From Marsupella aquatica (Eukaryota; Plantae; Marchantiophyta), in NCBI GenBank assembly GCA_973895155.1, contig OZ316891.1, positions 6,109,708 to 6,173,707 on the forward strand: DNA of 64,000 nt, given 5' to 3'. Shown here one piece after another: positions 9,835 through 23,700 of the stretch. The position numbers were made by a program, and so were the translations under genes. The notes under the pieces were generated by a model that had not been told where the DNA came from, did not search any database, and worked only from the letters and a program-made list of their open reading frames with translations. Positions within the stretch are counted from its first letter, which is position 1. Each line of letters starts with the position of its first letter.

Positions 9835-12034
9835 CTAACTCTGCTGTCCTCCCACAAAACGCTTCCAATACCAATGCTTTGCCCAAACTAACTCCATTTC
9901 CTCAATGGGTACATTCTTGGTTTCGGGAAGGAACAATGTAACAAAAATGGTCATGACAAGCACCCAGCCTCCAAAGAATAGGAAGATGCCCCATTGGAAG
10001 CTACACAGCATTGAAAGGAAGGCTTGCCCTACAATGAATGAGAAAAGGAAGTTAATCGACACGGTCACACTCTGAGCTGCAGATCGGATTTCCAGAGGGA
10101 ACACTTCGCTGGGAACCAACCATCCCAAAGGGCCCCATGACCAAGCAAAAGCCGCCACGTACATACAGATGAGAGTTACCACCACCAAGGCAAAACCCTT
10201 GGAGAGCTGAGCATCAATTTCAATGGGAAGGTGGTACTTAAGAATGAGCCCAACGGCAATCTGATGAAAAGACAAAGACGAGAACAGAGTCAGAAGGGGA
10301 GGAAAGTGCACTCATCCCTTACCTTGAATTAATGGCATTCAAGACAAATATGATAGAGCTTGAATGATTCAGGACATACAGAGATCTAGCTAGGGCGATG
10401 GGAGCGAAGTCAGACGAGAGCTGAACTTCATCATCTTGATTTGAAGACAAGAACAAATATCAAGAGCCAAAGATCAGGGACGAATCGGAAGATACACGAA
10501 GAACCAGCTCCCGGAAGGCTTGATTGAGTAGGATTACCTGGCAGATAAACATCTGGGCTCCTCCTTCCCAGAATAGAACTTTTCGGCCCAATCTATCCAC
10601 GGTAGCGATAGAAACAAAAGTGGACAGAAGGTTCACGGCTCCAAAGATGACAGATGAGTACAACGACGCATCGTTTCCAAACCCGACGGTCTTGAAGAGC
10701 ACCGGCGCATAGAACATGATCGCATTGATACCAGTGACCTGCTGGAAGAAGGGTATCAGAATGGCCACGCAGAGCTGAGGCCGGTACTTCCTGCTGAGGA
10801 GGTTTCGGAAGGGGTCTTTGATGGCATGGGCTTGATTACTAGCGACCACGATGTCCTCATACTCTTCGTCAACGTCAGACGTGCCACGGATTCTCCTGAG
10901 TGTTGCCTTCCCTTTGTCATGTTGGCTGCGCTCGATCAAACTATTAGGCGTCTCAGGAACAAAAAAACTTCCCAAGGTGAGGATGGCTGCTGGAACGACG
11001 GCAAGTCCGAGCGACAGCCGCCAGCCCCAGTGCTGTACATCTGGCTTTCCTGTTCCGTAATTGATCAAGTTAGCTGAGAGGATACCGATCGTTGTTGCCA
11101 ATTGGAAACAAATGTTCAAGGCTCCTCTGAGATGTGCCGGAGCCATCTCAGACAAGTAAAGAGGCACAGCCTGCAGTCATATATAGCGCAACGACGAGTT
11201 AGGGAATTTCCAGATTGAGCAATTTTAAACGGTTCTCGAAACAGTCAATTATATCGTGCTAATGTCTCAACGAGATGTACTTTTGCAGCAGGTAATATAA
11301 TTGAAGCAGCTATGATAACAGAATTTGAAGTGAACTCTGATCGAGCGGACCTGACCTGATTGGCAAAACCCACACCAATACCCAGGAAGATGCGGCCAAC
11401 AATGAGCATCGCCAAGTTCTGAGCAGCGGCATTCAGGACGCCTCCGGTCAAGAAGGAGGCGCCACCAATGAGCATGGATGGGCGCCGGCCTAAATGCTGT
11501 GTTGTCCAGGCAGCGAAAAAACTGGCAGTCAACCCCGCGACATACAGGGATGACGTGAACAGCTGAAGAACTTGGTCATTAAAGCGACAGTAGGAGTTCA
11601 CATCGTGCTTCCTGGCATAAACGTTCGGGAAAAACTTCAGAAGGAACTGGTCCATAGAAGTGACTCCTCCTGTTCATAGACCACCGACAACATTTGTCAA
11701 ACCATTCATCAAACCGCATCTGAAAGACCGCATCATCATATATCTCCAAAGTTAGGTTACAAGTTGAGCAAGAGGAAGACCACATGATATCTGGCAACGT
11801 CACATTGCAGTGAACTCAAAAGTACACTGCAAGCCCGATCCATAAAACTTGCAATTTAAGTATTGACAGGAAAGTGTATAGTCGAGATAGAAAGTACCAA
11901 CCTGAGATACCGATATCATATCCGAAAATAAGACCACCACTGGCTGCTACGATCGAGACGAGCACCACGTAAACGGTAACCTTCTGTTGATACGTCTTCT
12001 GTAACGCCGATGTGACAATGCCCCCGCCCGCCAT
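9835..12034 (-). CDS. STP: STP-family hexose/H+ symporter (MFS sugar porter), 4 exons: 12034-11902, 11669-11356, 11170-10538, 10260-9835
   Basis: Spliced frame reads MAGGG...GYDIGISG|GVTSMDQFL...GVGFANQ|[11 protein letters not shown]...PETPNSL...[14 protein letters not shown]...MFICQ|IAVG...[13 protein letters not shown]...[15 protein letters not shown] junctions were checked by eye. Confidence 0.95.
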
Positions 12035-12934
12035 CTTGGCTCCTCGATCGATCACGATCACTCGCTGGTTCGGTGACTACACTACAATTTTTTCAACTCC
12101 TGCACAAAAAAGCGGAGTGAGACTTCCACAATGCTCAGGAAGAAGCCTAAAACTAACGGTGCCCAGACAACACTGCAAAAATCTATCAAACAGCACAATC
12201 CAAAGAGGACTCTCTTAGTTAGTCCTGGCCTCCTAATGACAATTCCCGAAAAGCCAAGGAATTGACTTGATTACTACCAGAAACGAAGAAAAATTCAAGG
12301 ATGGCAATAATGGACATGTGGATCACCGTTTCTAACTTTTTTACGACATCACCGGAGAATTGCCACTCCAATCTTGCACACTTGCAATGCTCAGCTCCTC
12401 TTCTAATTCATCTATCGAATCGAGACCTGTGTTAAGATCGTACGCAATGAGACGGCTCCAACTAAAAGGAGGTCAAACGGGAGACTTGTAAATGAGCCTG
12501 TGAGGGCCGCAAAGAGGTCTTATAGTAATGCTGTTCCTCATTAATTCGGGATCGGCACAATGGATCAGTCGTCAGTCATAATTATCTGGTAGCGTGTTGA
12601 CTGACCGGAACCAAACTTACAATTACATAAGTGTCATCAATATATATCTTAAGGTACCGTAGCCCATTTTTAAAAAAATTTCTGGGTTTTTTTTTGGTTT
12701 TTGAAATTAGGTGTTTATAGAGAGTCCACTGGGCTAAGACCAGCGAGGCAGGCAACAAATCACACATAGGGACACACACACCCCATTCGGCGACTAAACG
12801 CCAAAAAGCACCCCAACAATACACAAGGTCACCTCCTGAAGAAGGGCCAAGCCAGGGGGAGAAAGCAAAAAAACTAGGTTACCCATCAGGCAAACAAGCA
12901 CTAGAAGAATCCGAGGTGAACTGAGACCGCAATA

Positions 12935-13250
12935 TATGACTCATTTTGGCTCATGTGACTTCATTGTGACTCAACGTGACTTGACCCACGCTGTGACCCT
13001 TGGAGTTGCAAAAGTTGAGACCAAAAAATGGAAGTCACTATTGATACTAGGCTTTGCAACTTGCTTGATACCCATTTGTGATTGATCTGTGACTTTATTG
13101 TGGAGTCTAGCCTTGTTTCGACGTGACTGCAATATGACTTCAGCGAGTCACATCGTAAGTCACATACATGACTTACCCGCATTCAACAACGACTAGCGTG
13201 TGACTATTTAGTGTCACAGGAGAGACCAATGGAGACCCTGGCCCGCGTCA
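12935..13250. repeat. GTGACT/AGTCAC-rich short-motif array, probable subterminal region of the adjacent CACTA element
   Basis: Many GTGACT/TGACT motifs in both orientations lie downstream of the TnpA-like gene. No clear CACTA TIR was found. Confidence 0.45.
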
Positions 13251-13753
13251 CACAACAGAACCATTTGGGACTCTATATACTCATGTTTATAACTAATAAG
13301 GTTCACATGCAAGTTATAACCATGACTAATGAACACAGAGGGACAGTTCATAAGGAGAGAGAGCACTCGACATTACAATACATAGAAACCTGATGTTCTA
13401 ACTTTAGAAATATAACACATTGAATACAAGAAATGAACATAGCATGAATGACATCCACATGAAACAAAGCATCATATAAGCAGATCCTACATAAAACATT
13501 CATAAGAATTAAACACAATCACAATCTTGCTAAAAAATGAAGATCATTTGAATTCCAATGGAATAGTTTACAATGTGATCAATGTAATTTAGACAAAATA
13601 GGAACTCATAATTGATGACTGTAGGATGAGATAACTGAAAGCACATGCATGATACTATGAATCTCCAAGAGGACATGATTCTTGTACTGCTTCTTGACAT
13701 CTAAAATCTACATAACATGACTCACACTACAAACAAATAATGGCATGACATTG

Positions 13754-16700
13754 TTATGGATCCTCTATGAACTTGCTTGGCCATAATACCAAAGAACCTG
13801 CAGCATCTCCAAGTGTCTTTTGAGGAGGATCATCATTTGTGTTTGGAATGGGAAGGACAGCTTTAGGTTTCACTAGTAATGTGACTAACACTACTGAATA
13901 ACCTGGGGGAATCCTCTTGCCATGGAACGTTGTGGAACCAACCTGCACTCTGGCAAATCCTACTCGTGTTCCACTCTCATCAACAGCTAACAAGCCACTT
14001 TGTCCCTCAGCATTAGGTGCTTTCCCCACTTCCACCTTAGATCTTTCTGCCAGCACTGTTCTTGGAGGTTTGTATGAAACCTTTGACGTGGCTCTGCTCC
14101 CACCAGCAGACTTGCTTCGTGTGCGCATGCTTCCTCTCTTCACAGTAGTGAAGCTAGGCTCAGTAGGTTCCTCTGTTAGGACTGTCACAGTAGCAGGTTC
14201 ATCACCTGGGAGTGTCATACCAACTAACTCTTTGGTTGGATTTATCTCAACAAGAGGCACACCTGTCATTGAGAATGATACATTCTGCAAATCATTTATC
14301 TCTGCAATGGAGTCAAGATCTACATAGCATGAATCTGGCTCAATGGTATCATTGTCATGCTTGCTGATATCCTCATTTGCCCCAACATTGATATCATCCA
14401 CTCCCTTGCCAATGTCATCCTCATCCAAACATGGTTGACTGCCCTCTGTCAAACAAGTTGCTTGTACAGACTGCAACTTTGTTGCCTCTAAATTACAGCG
14501 AATATTTGCCAGGTTCTCATACTTCTTCTCTGTAGCACCTGTCTTATTCTCTATGGACACAACAACCACAATATATGTTACTGAAAATAACACATTCAAC
14601 AAACAATGTCAATTCAAACTATACATTTAATAATCATATCCCACACAGTTGTAAAGGCCTTACCTTCAAGCCTACATGTCGTTGGCATGCCAGAAGAGTG
14701 CATCGACTTTGGCACCTCAAGTGGTGATGGTGGAACTCCTGCAGAATTGGAATCAATTTTATCTCTCACCGACACAACAGCTTCCATTAATGTCTTGAAG
14801 TTCACATGGAACAAGTCAGTCAATGAATTCAAACGTTCATTGATCTCTGGAAGACATGTTTCGACAGCCTTCAAACGACCACTTATCTCTGTAAGTGAAG
14901 ATCCACCTCCCTACATGACACAGGGGTATAGGTTCAATCACTCCATATGAAATGTTGGGCAATATATGCACAATCAATGTTATATACAGTGTACACCTGA
15001 AATTCAACGCAGGTCATTCAATTACCAATCAGAACTCATATAACTTACATGCTTGGAGGATTCAGATGCACCCTCTTGAGCCCGGGTGGTCACAATTTCA
15101 GCCCTCAACTCTTCTTTTGAAGGGCTTTGCCCCAATTGGGCTTTCTGCACATGCATGGCAAACACAAGTTATCGATCAATATTCAAGGAACGTACACTAA
15201 AAAACAAAGTTTACATGTATGGGTTTACACTAAAAAATAGTACATAGTGTAGCATAAATTACATAGCTAGGCCATTCATTCTTACCAAACGTTTAGCTGT
15301 CGGTGCAGTGCCGGTCCTTCCTGTCAGATTAGGGTTCTGAACACTCAACCTGGCCTCGGTCATCTGTGAACTCTTCTTTTTTGAAGCATCTGTTACAAAA
15401 TAAGCTACTAACCTTGCCCACACTTTATCATCACAACTGGCTGGTGGAGGCATATCTGGCTTCTCCCCACCTTCCTTCCAAGCCTTATGCATTCTCCACC
15501 TCTCTTGCTTGATAATTTTACCTGCTGTACTCTCTAGGCAACCTATGTCCACGCCATCATCACTGCCCACATAATTCCATTTGGCAGCAACATTTTCACA
15601 TACAGTCTTCCAATCTTTTGGATGCTGTTTTTTAAAATTAATAACACTCACATCTAACCAACGCAATACTTCAGCTTTCAAATCAGCATGCCATCGGTTC
15701 TTGCGAGGACACTCAGCATCCACCCATTGTCTCTCATTCAACTTTACATTCCCTTTCTTTGTCACCTCCCCTCGTGCACTACTCTCGGTAGTACTGGGCG
15801 TTGTATTGGCCACCCCTTCATTCACCCTACCTGGGGTTCTGAAGCCACCTGGGAAAATACAATGCCATTCATGCTTGAGAACTACATATAGCAGAATGGA
15901 TGACGGCAACATTCAATGCTTCACTTCAAGAAAAATTCTTCAAACATACATACCTGTAGCTCTGCCTGTAGATGCCTGTGCAGGGACTGCACTCTGAAAT
16001 TGTTGCGACCCTGGACCACCTGTCCAGCCTAGTACAGGGGCCGGATGATGTCACTTTCTAGGTATGTGTGTGCAAACATATGTACTGAAAACTAAGTACA
16101 AACTGTAGGAAAACAACTGAACATTCACCGACATACCTGTCCCCCTTCCGTGCTGCATCTGCATAGGGGCATTAGTGAATACTTGAGTCGATGGTTCGAC
16201 TGTCCAACCTGCACACATACATTTTCTATCATTATACATGTGCAGAGTCCCCCCCACGAGAATGGACTCCACATATAATGAGTTCTTCCATTGCTGACAA
16301 GATCAGACATTACCTGCTCCTCTTCCAGAGTTTGTAGGTACTGAATTTTGATATCCCTGCCAATTACCTTCACCACCTTCCCAACCTTGTTCATTCCACA
16401 ACCCACCACCATCCTCCCAACCTGGTTCAACCCATGTCTGTCCTTGTGGACATTGGAACTGATCATTACTAGCATTTGCCCAATCAGGTTGGGCAGAATC
16501 TGCATGCAATGGCAGGTGGACAGAATTTCATGTTGTCTGAATCCAATACATCCCAAACAATGTCAAAAATTGATATGCAGTCTGAAATTCAGGAGTGCCA
16601 TGCCTTCACAAAGAACTGGCATATAGATATATACTCACATCCCCATGGTTGAGGTGGACGTCCATACCCACGAGATTGTGGGTTTGGACCTGCTCTGCCT

Positions 16701-17470
16701 CTACCACGGGCATAACCTAGAGCTTGCCCCCTGCCATAGTATTGGGCACCAGCCTGGGATCTACCACTACTACCACCTCGCCAACCTTGATCAGAGGTCA
16801 GCCCCCCTGCTGGTATGGTGCATGCACAGGCTTCGAAGGCAAAACAGAACTGGCAGGACGCTGCATCACATCACCAACTACAATGTCAGGAACTAAGCAA
16901 GGTACATATGTGTAGTACTGAACATATGAAACCTCTAAACAAGAGTTTTTAACTCAAAACCTTGTTGGGAAAACTACTTACATGTTTCTTTTGGGGCTGC
17001 TCTGCAATGTATTCATCTTCATAACCCCCATCCTCATCCATTTCCTTTGGAAAATACTCATCATCTGCATCTTCTTGTCTAGTGTCTGCACCCACCTGTG
17101 CAGCATCAATGTCATCTCCACATTCTGCCATTGTAGGTACGACCTTCTTGCTCAACCTGTCACTCCGACGCACAGGCCCAGAGATAGTGCTGGTCACCCT
17201 TCTTGCGTACTCCTTTTGTTTCTTTGAAAATGCTGTGGCTCTGCGACATTCCAATATGAGAATACAGTCACAATTTCAGTGCCACATTGAACTATTCATG
17301 TCACACAAACTCAGCGGAGGGGTGTAGTTGAGAATCGTTCCCTTACAATTCAGCCACATCCTTTTCCAGATCCAGTTCTGCGATTTTGGCTTTCACGTAT
17401 GCTCGTTGTTCCATAGCTTTCCTTTCATACTCACACATCTCTGTGTCACTCTGTTCCATCCTACTGGACC
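13754..17470 (-). mobile_element. CACTA/EnSpm ORF2 (TnpA-like) multi-exon gene
   Basis: Series of minus-strand exon-like ORFs (17343-17460, 16949-17254, 15259-15850, 14614-14874, 13754-14550) downstream of TnpD. The 15.3-15.8 kb part (VWARLVAYF..SKKKSSQMTEAR..NPNLTGRTG) resembles Ptta/En/Spm ORF2 proteins. Confidence 0.6.
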
Positions 17471-17615
17471 ACAAAAACATGTCATCTATGGTCACCCCGT
17501 ATAACACAATGCAACCACAATCACCAGGCATCCATCCATACATCTGTGTTGCTTCAGAATTACTTTATTACACATCCTTCCCCTCACTAATGTCCATGCA
17601 AACAAGTCACATTAC

Positions 17616-20585
17616 TCATGGCACAGGCACACTGTTGGCATCTGCATCTCTGAATTCGCCTCCTTCAGCAAATGCATCTACCCTTGTCACAGGAATGAAG
17701 TCCCCGCTATCATGAACTACAGGCACTTGGTCTGAACGCCGACGATCAAAGGCACTATGAGAGTGTAAATGAAACTCAAGGTTTGATCCTTCCATCCGAC
17801 GTTGCCTGGCCTGTTTATGACACACTACACGCCAACCTGGGGAGTCTTCCACATCCAGGAAGAAAGCTTGCTCCACCTGACTAGGAAACACAAATGGCTC
17901 AGACCATTCGGGCAATTTCCCTCTGAAATTGGCCAGCAAGAAACCGTCGTTGTCTCTCTTCATGGTAGCCCTGTTACCAAGCCAATCCTGCCGCACCCAT
18001 GAACCTTTCATAAGAATCACAGGACTGGACACCGCCCCATAGTCCAGAGCCCATATGTCAACTAATTCTCCCACATATCCCATCTCCATCCAGGCCCTGT
18101 CATGATTGTGGCTCTGTTGCTCAAATACAGTGATGAGCCCGCAGTCATTCGTCACCCTGTAGGCACTGTCACCATCCTTCACTCGGAAGTGATTCCCATA
18201 TGCTCTCATCCGTTTGTAAGTCTTCACTTTCAGGCTAGGGGCATTAGACAGTAGGTAAACATCTGCATCCATGTCTGGGTGGGTCTCGTGATGCTCTCTA
18301 ATTGCCACTCTGATCCACTCCATGAAACCTGGAAAAGTTGTTCCTGCAGTGGGATGGGCCGCCTTCAATGACTCATACTCCCTGAACGAACAACCACACA
18401 GCATTAGCTTGGGTAAACATGAACAGGCTGAAGGAGAAAACCACACGAACACAACATTTAAGCTCATGAACTGGATTATAGCACATGTATGCACTCACTG
18501 TATCCAGGGTTCCATCACCACAGTGTTATGCAATACAAAGTCATGTGCCAAGTCTCTCATAGATATGGTCAGGTTCTTTGTGGTTGCAGCCCCTTCCAGT
18601 ACTTCACCTATCACCCCTTCCTCCTCATCAGAATTCCACACCCTGGTCTTCACATGCTCATATTGTGCTATGTATTCGGTCAGAAATCCCAGAGTCTCAT
18701 CCTTGATGTAACCTTTAGCCATGCTTGCTTCAGGTTTGTAATATGTTCTCACGTGACCTTTGAGTAGCTTCATGTACCGTTCCAAAGGGTACAACCAACG
18801 AGCACTCACAGGCCCAAATTGGTGTACCTCTTCCACAACATGGACAAGTAGGTGGGTCATGACATCAAAAAATGCGGGAGGAAAATAAATCTCCAGGTCA
18901 CACAGCACCTGAGCGACATCTTCTGTCAGTTGTGGGAAGTGTGTTTCATCCCAAACCTTCACACAAATACGACGAAACACATCACTGAGTCGCATGATCA
19001 CAGTACGAACAGGCTTCTGCAACAGGCCCCTCAGGCATAAAGGCAACACCTGTTGCATCAACATATGGTAGTCATGGCTTTTCATACTACCAAGCTTTCT
19101 AGTCATGATATGCTTCTTGAAAGCACTGCCATAGTTTGAAGGAACCTTCAAAGAACTCAACCTCTGCACAAATAGTTCCCACTCTGTGTCTGTCAGAACA
19201 TAGGGCGCTTGGTACTTCAAGAGCACATCAGCTCTGTGGGCATGTGGCCTCAACCAAAGATGGGGTTTCATTCCCCTCTGTTCAAGATCCAATCTCACTG
19301 AACCAGTGTCTTTCTCTCCACACAAGAATCTGAGTAGACTCTCACAAATATTCTTTTCAATGTGCATAACATCAATGTTATGTTTGCTTGGCTCAAACTC
19401 CTGCATCGTTGCAATGCAAAAGCGTCAGGAAATGCCTCAAGTTTAGTCTCTCTCTTCGAAATGAATGCACATGCTCTGAACCAAAACATGTATCCCAATT
19501 AGCATCAACTCCAAGAGGCTTACCCTCCAGTACTTGAGCTCCAAGTCCAATATGCTCAGTCTTTTTACACCATATCGCTTTATTGGATCACTCACTCCAT
19601 CTTCCCTGCCCCCTCGTTTGATATAGTCATCCCTCAGTGCTCCCCACTGCCTGATCTCCTCTTTGGTCACTCGTGCCGGGGGTCCACGTTGCTCAATCTC
19701 ATTGCCAAAGTGTGCAATCAGTGCCTGTCTTTCTCTGTAAGGGTGATCTGCCTTCAGAAAATGACGATGGCCCATGTATATCACTTTCTGCAGGGCTCTG
19801 GAGTACTCACTGGTGACATTGCGCCCACAGATAGTACAAGCACAATATCCTTTTGTTGTTTGGCCTGATATCATCCCATGGGCTGGGTAGTCAGCTATAG
19901 TCAGAATGACAATGGCTCTAAGGATGAATGGGTTTAACCTCCCAAGCCTCTGTAGGACATCATATGTGAGAACTCCTTCCTCCCAAAGCTTTCTCAATTC
20001 CTCCACTAGGGGAGCCAGAAACACATCTATGTTGGCAGATACAGCACTGTCTGGCCCTGGTATCAGTAGGACCATCAGAACAAAAAATCGCTTTGTAGTC
20101 ATCCAAGGAGGAAGGTTATAATTCAAAATAGTTACAGGCCAGCACGAAAATTTGTTGTTCTTGTCTCCAAATGGGTTTACCCCATCCAATGACAGCCCAA
20201 GTCTGACATTCCTTGGCTCAGCAGCAAATTCGGGATACATCTCATCTATGAGTTTCCATTGCCTTGAATCTGCAGCATGTCGTTGTAGCCCATCATCACT
20301 TTTCTTGTCAGTTGCCCAAGTCATCATCTCCGAGATGGCACGGCTTCTGAACATCCGCTGAAGTCTGGGAATGAGTGGAAAATGACGAAGTACCTTGGCG
20401 GGAACCATAGACTTTCCTGAGTTCCGATACTTGTGCTTCCCACACTTAGGGCATGTCAACGATTCTTTATACTCCTTTCTGAAAAGAACATGCCCATCAG
20501 GATAGGCATGGATCGAATCATAGTTCAATCCAAGATTAGATATGCATCTTTTTGCCTCGTACATGTTCTTGGGCAAAATATTACC
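17616..20585 (-). mobile_element. CACTA/EnSpm transposase (TnpD; Transposase_21 + DUF4218 + DUF4216), 5'-truncated, 3 exons
   Basis: Motifs: VLRHFPLIPRLQRMF, FAAEPRNVRLGLSLDGVNPF, YNLPPW, IDVFLAPLVEELRKLW; DVMHIEKNICES, MKSHDYH, FFDVMTHLLVH, WLYPLERYMKLLK; EPFVFPSQVEQAFF. Confidence 0.93.
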
Positions 20586-20778
20586 ATCATTGTACCTTTT
20601 TCTCGTCCGGGACGATGAGGAGGTTACCACCGCCTGCGCCTGCGGGGAACAATTTTCAAATCTGAAATGTCAGGATACAACTCAAAACATGGTGAGTAAC
20701 TAAAGCTAAGAGTGAACAGACAAGCATCTCTTAGGTACCAGGACAATCGTATGTACGTTCTGTTCAAGCAGCCCATGG

Positions 20779-23700
20779 TCAGTTTTGACTCGAGAGCTGG
20801 AATACTGACCATAAGTGTGAAGGACCATACAGTACCTCAGCTTTTCCCTTGTTCCTGCAAGGTTTTGGAATATTAGCCGAATGGCCTCTATCTTCATCGT
20901 CGGCTTCCACTGCTTCACTGCGAAGCCCGCCATCTAGGATGACCACTATCTTTGTCGTATCTGCATCGTCTTTCTCTTCCTCTTCCTCACCGTCAAGCTC
21001 AAGCTCACTTGGACTATAGTCTGAATCAGAAACTGAGACAGTCGAGTATCCATCTGAGACATCTCTCTCTTCAATTTCAGGTGATGGCGCAACTGTAGGC
21101 TGGAAAGGACCGGGGGAGCCCAGTGGACCAGCAGCATCATGGGGATCCAATATTCCTATTTGATGAGGGACAGTTGGAGTTTTCCACTTAATTGCTGCAA
21201 GACGTTCCTCCCGATAAAAGTGTTGATACTGCAGATCATATGGAAATAAGTCTGTAGACAAACGTTACATCTTGTTAATAATATACCTATAAATAATTTG
21301 ACCTCTTGAACCATTAGTCACCGGAATCTCAGCGGAAACAAAGCCAATTACATGGTAAGAATGCTCTTGGAATGTAGTAAGTGATTGTAACCATGGATCA
21401 CTAAAAAGATTAAAGAAGTGTGAATCTCGATCAAATGAATTCACATTGCAGCAATTGCTTGTAGCTATTATCGATCAGGTATGAAAAATAAAGGAATTTC
21501 TGAGCACCCGGCTGAGCACTAACTTTCATCACACAGAACAGCTTCTCTGTTCCGGCTCTCCTGCAAGTACAGTGCAAAGAAAACAATGGGTAAGAGCCAG
21601 CTATCCTGCAAATAGAAGATTGTACGTTTATGCAAAAGTTTATGATCGATCAGATCTAAAATTATGCAGTCGATTTTTCTGGTACTGAACACCTCCAACT
21701 AGCGTTACTAGGTTCTAAACCATGCACGTCTACTTCAAATTCCGAATTTCTGCCAAACTTACCTCACCCACAACGTTTGCACTATTGTCGACTTGCTCCC
21801 GTCGAAAGAACTGTGTTATGACAACAAAATATTGAGTTCCATATACTTGCAGGACAACGATTCTCAAAATATTGAATTGTAGTAATTTAGGCATCTTCAA
21901 TAACTTCCAGAAATGTCACCTTAACTCTCGTGAAATAATTCGATGCACCGGTGTAGTAATAGTTGGCATTGAAGCAATTACCACAAAACACTCAGTGATT
22001 TCAGAAAGTATTTTCGATGACAACTTTAACATACTTGCTCATATTTTGCGTTTTGGAGTGAGCTCCCGTCTCCAGTTGCAAAAAGATAGATGCGACCGAC
22101 ATTGTCGGACACTACCAAAGATGATCCATCACTGTCGCCAATAGCACGGAACTCAGTAACTCTGCAAGCTGGTTAGATGTATCTTTGAAAATCCAAACCA
22201 TTTGACATTAACAGCAATCATTAGCAGGACTTGTTATGCATTCGTCGAGAAAGTCAAATTCAGGTGGACCACACTTATATCAGCAATACTAAGCAACCTT
22301 GTAGTAACCAAAAGTCCTCTTACTAGGTGTGTCATAAGGAGCTGTAAGCATATTTGAGACTTACGGGGAGAAATTGCCATCAACAAGACTGTCTTCTCCT
22401 GTTTTATAAGTACGAATTGGATGACCACACCATATCTGCCAGAGTCACAATAATCAATGACTGTTGAATTACGAGGTCAACATTCCAAGATCGAGGCATT
22501 CAAATTTTCTTAATGTCCATGACAGCGCTCTATTGTAAGAAGGCTTTGAAGTTACCCGAAACCTGATGACTTCCAGCCCTTAACATTACAGTAATTAAGT
22601 ACATAAACTTACATCCCAGATGATAGCACGTCCGTCATATCCAGCACTCATAGCAATTCTTGGGTTGAATGGATGCACGTCCAATACATATGTCTGTATG
22701 TCAGCACGTTTGTGACAAACAAAACCAATCAGCAAACTCTCAATGTGACTATTCACATCTCACCACAGATTCTTTGAAACTGGCAGGAGCAGTAAAAAAA
22801 CAACAAGTAAACCTGTCAAGAGATGACACAAAGCTACATGACCTGTGAACTGCGTTGTAATCAGGTTTGGCAGATGATTTCTAATGCATAACTTCAGCCC
22901 AGAGCACTCTACGACAAGCTCCAAGTCATATATCCACACCATAATACCTGCTGGTCATGACCAGTCAAAGAGTGCGCTAAACTGCCGTCCAGAGCATTCC
23001 AAACGCATATTCTACAGTCTGCACAACGTGAGTGTCAGACGCATATTCCACAGGCTGCACGACATGTGTCAGAGTGTCCTACAAAATCGTTTTTAGCGAT
23101 TGGGCAGCATTTTATTACCCGTAAACGTGCAATAGCAGCAAATAGTATACAACCTCTAATGGATGAAGGTTTACAGTTAAGTGTAATTAATGTTCTGCAA
23201 ATTTTGCAGGTGTATGCGTACTATGTCAAAGTAATAGCAAACTTACCCGTTATTGCTCCAAGGAGAAAACGGCTATCCAAACTCCAGACAATTATGTTTA
23301 CGCCTCTACGCTTTCGCAGAGACCATTGCTTTCTTCCTCGAGGTCTCGGCAGTTCTGAGGGTATTGGATGCGGGTCCACCTTCAGGTGATAGGCTTTCAC
23401 CCACCGATCAGCTTCAGAATTATGTCGGCGACGGAGAGGAATCCAAATGATAGTGCTGGCGTCTCTTGAACATGTTACAATGCTGTCACGAGCAGACCAG
23501 GTATTCTTGGAACTCGCCGGATAATCCTTTTCAGGAGAGTCTGCAAGGAATGGCCGTCCGGAAGCTACACATCCACTAAACCGAACACAATGGACATGCT
23601 TGTCATGGCCCACAAGATTGTCCAATTCGTAAGTTGGCCTCTGTGTGAGAGCTGGAGCAAAGTTGCACTCCGTGGCGCTCCATACCATAGCCTTATTGTC

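Noticed and set aside
12560-13270. Terminal inverted repeat for the large CACTA element
   Set aside because: No convincing CACTA/CACTG terminus with a partner and 3-bp TSD was found, so the element boundaries are left undefined.
13917-16915. Plus-strand ORFs of 80-140 aa overlapping the TnpA-like exons, and similar antisense ORFs over Hsp70, STP and copia
   Set aside because: They are antisense shadows of real coding sequence with no independent motifs.
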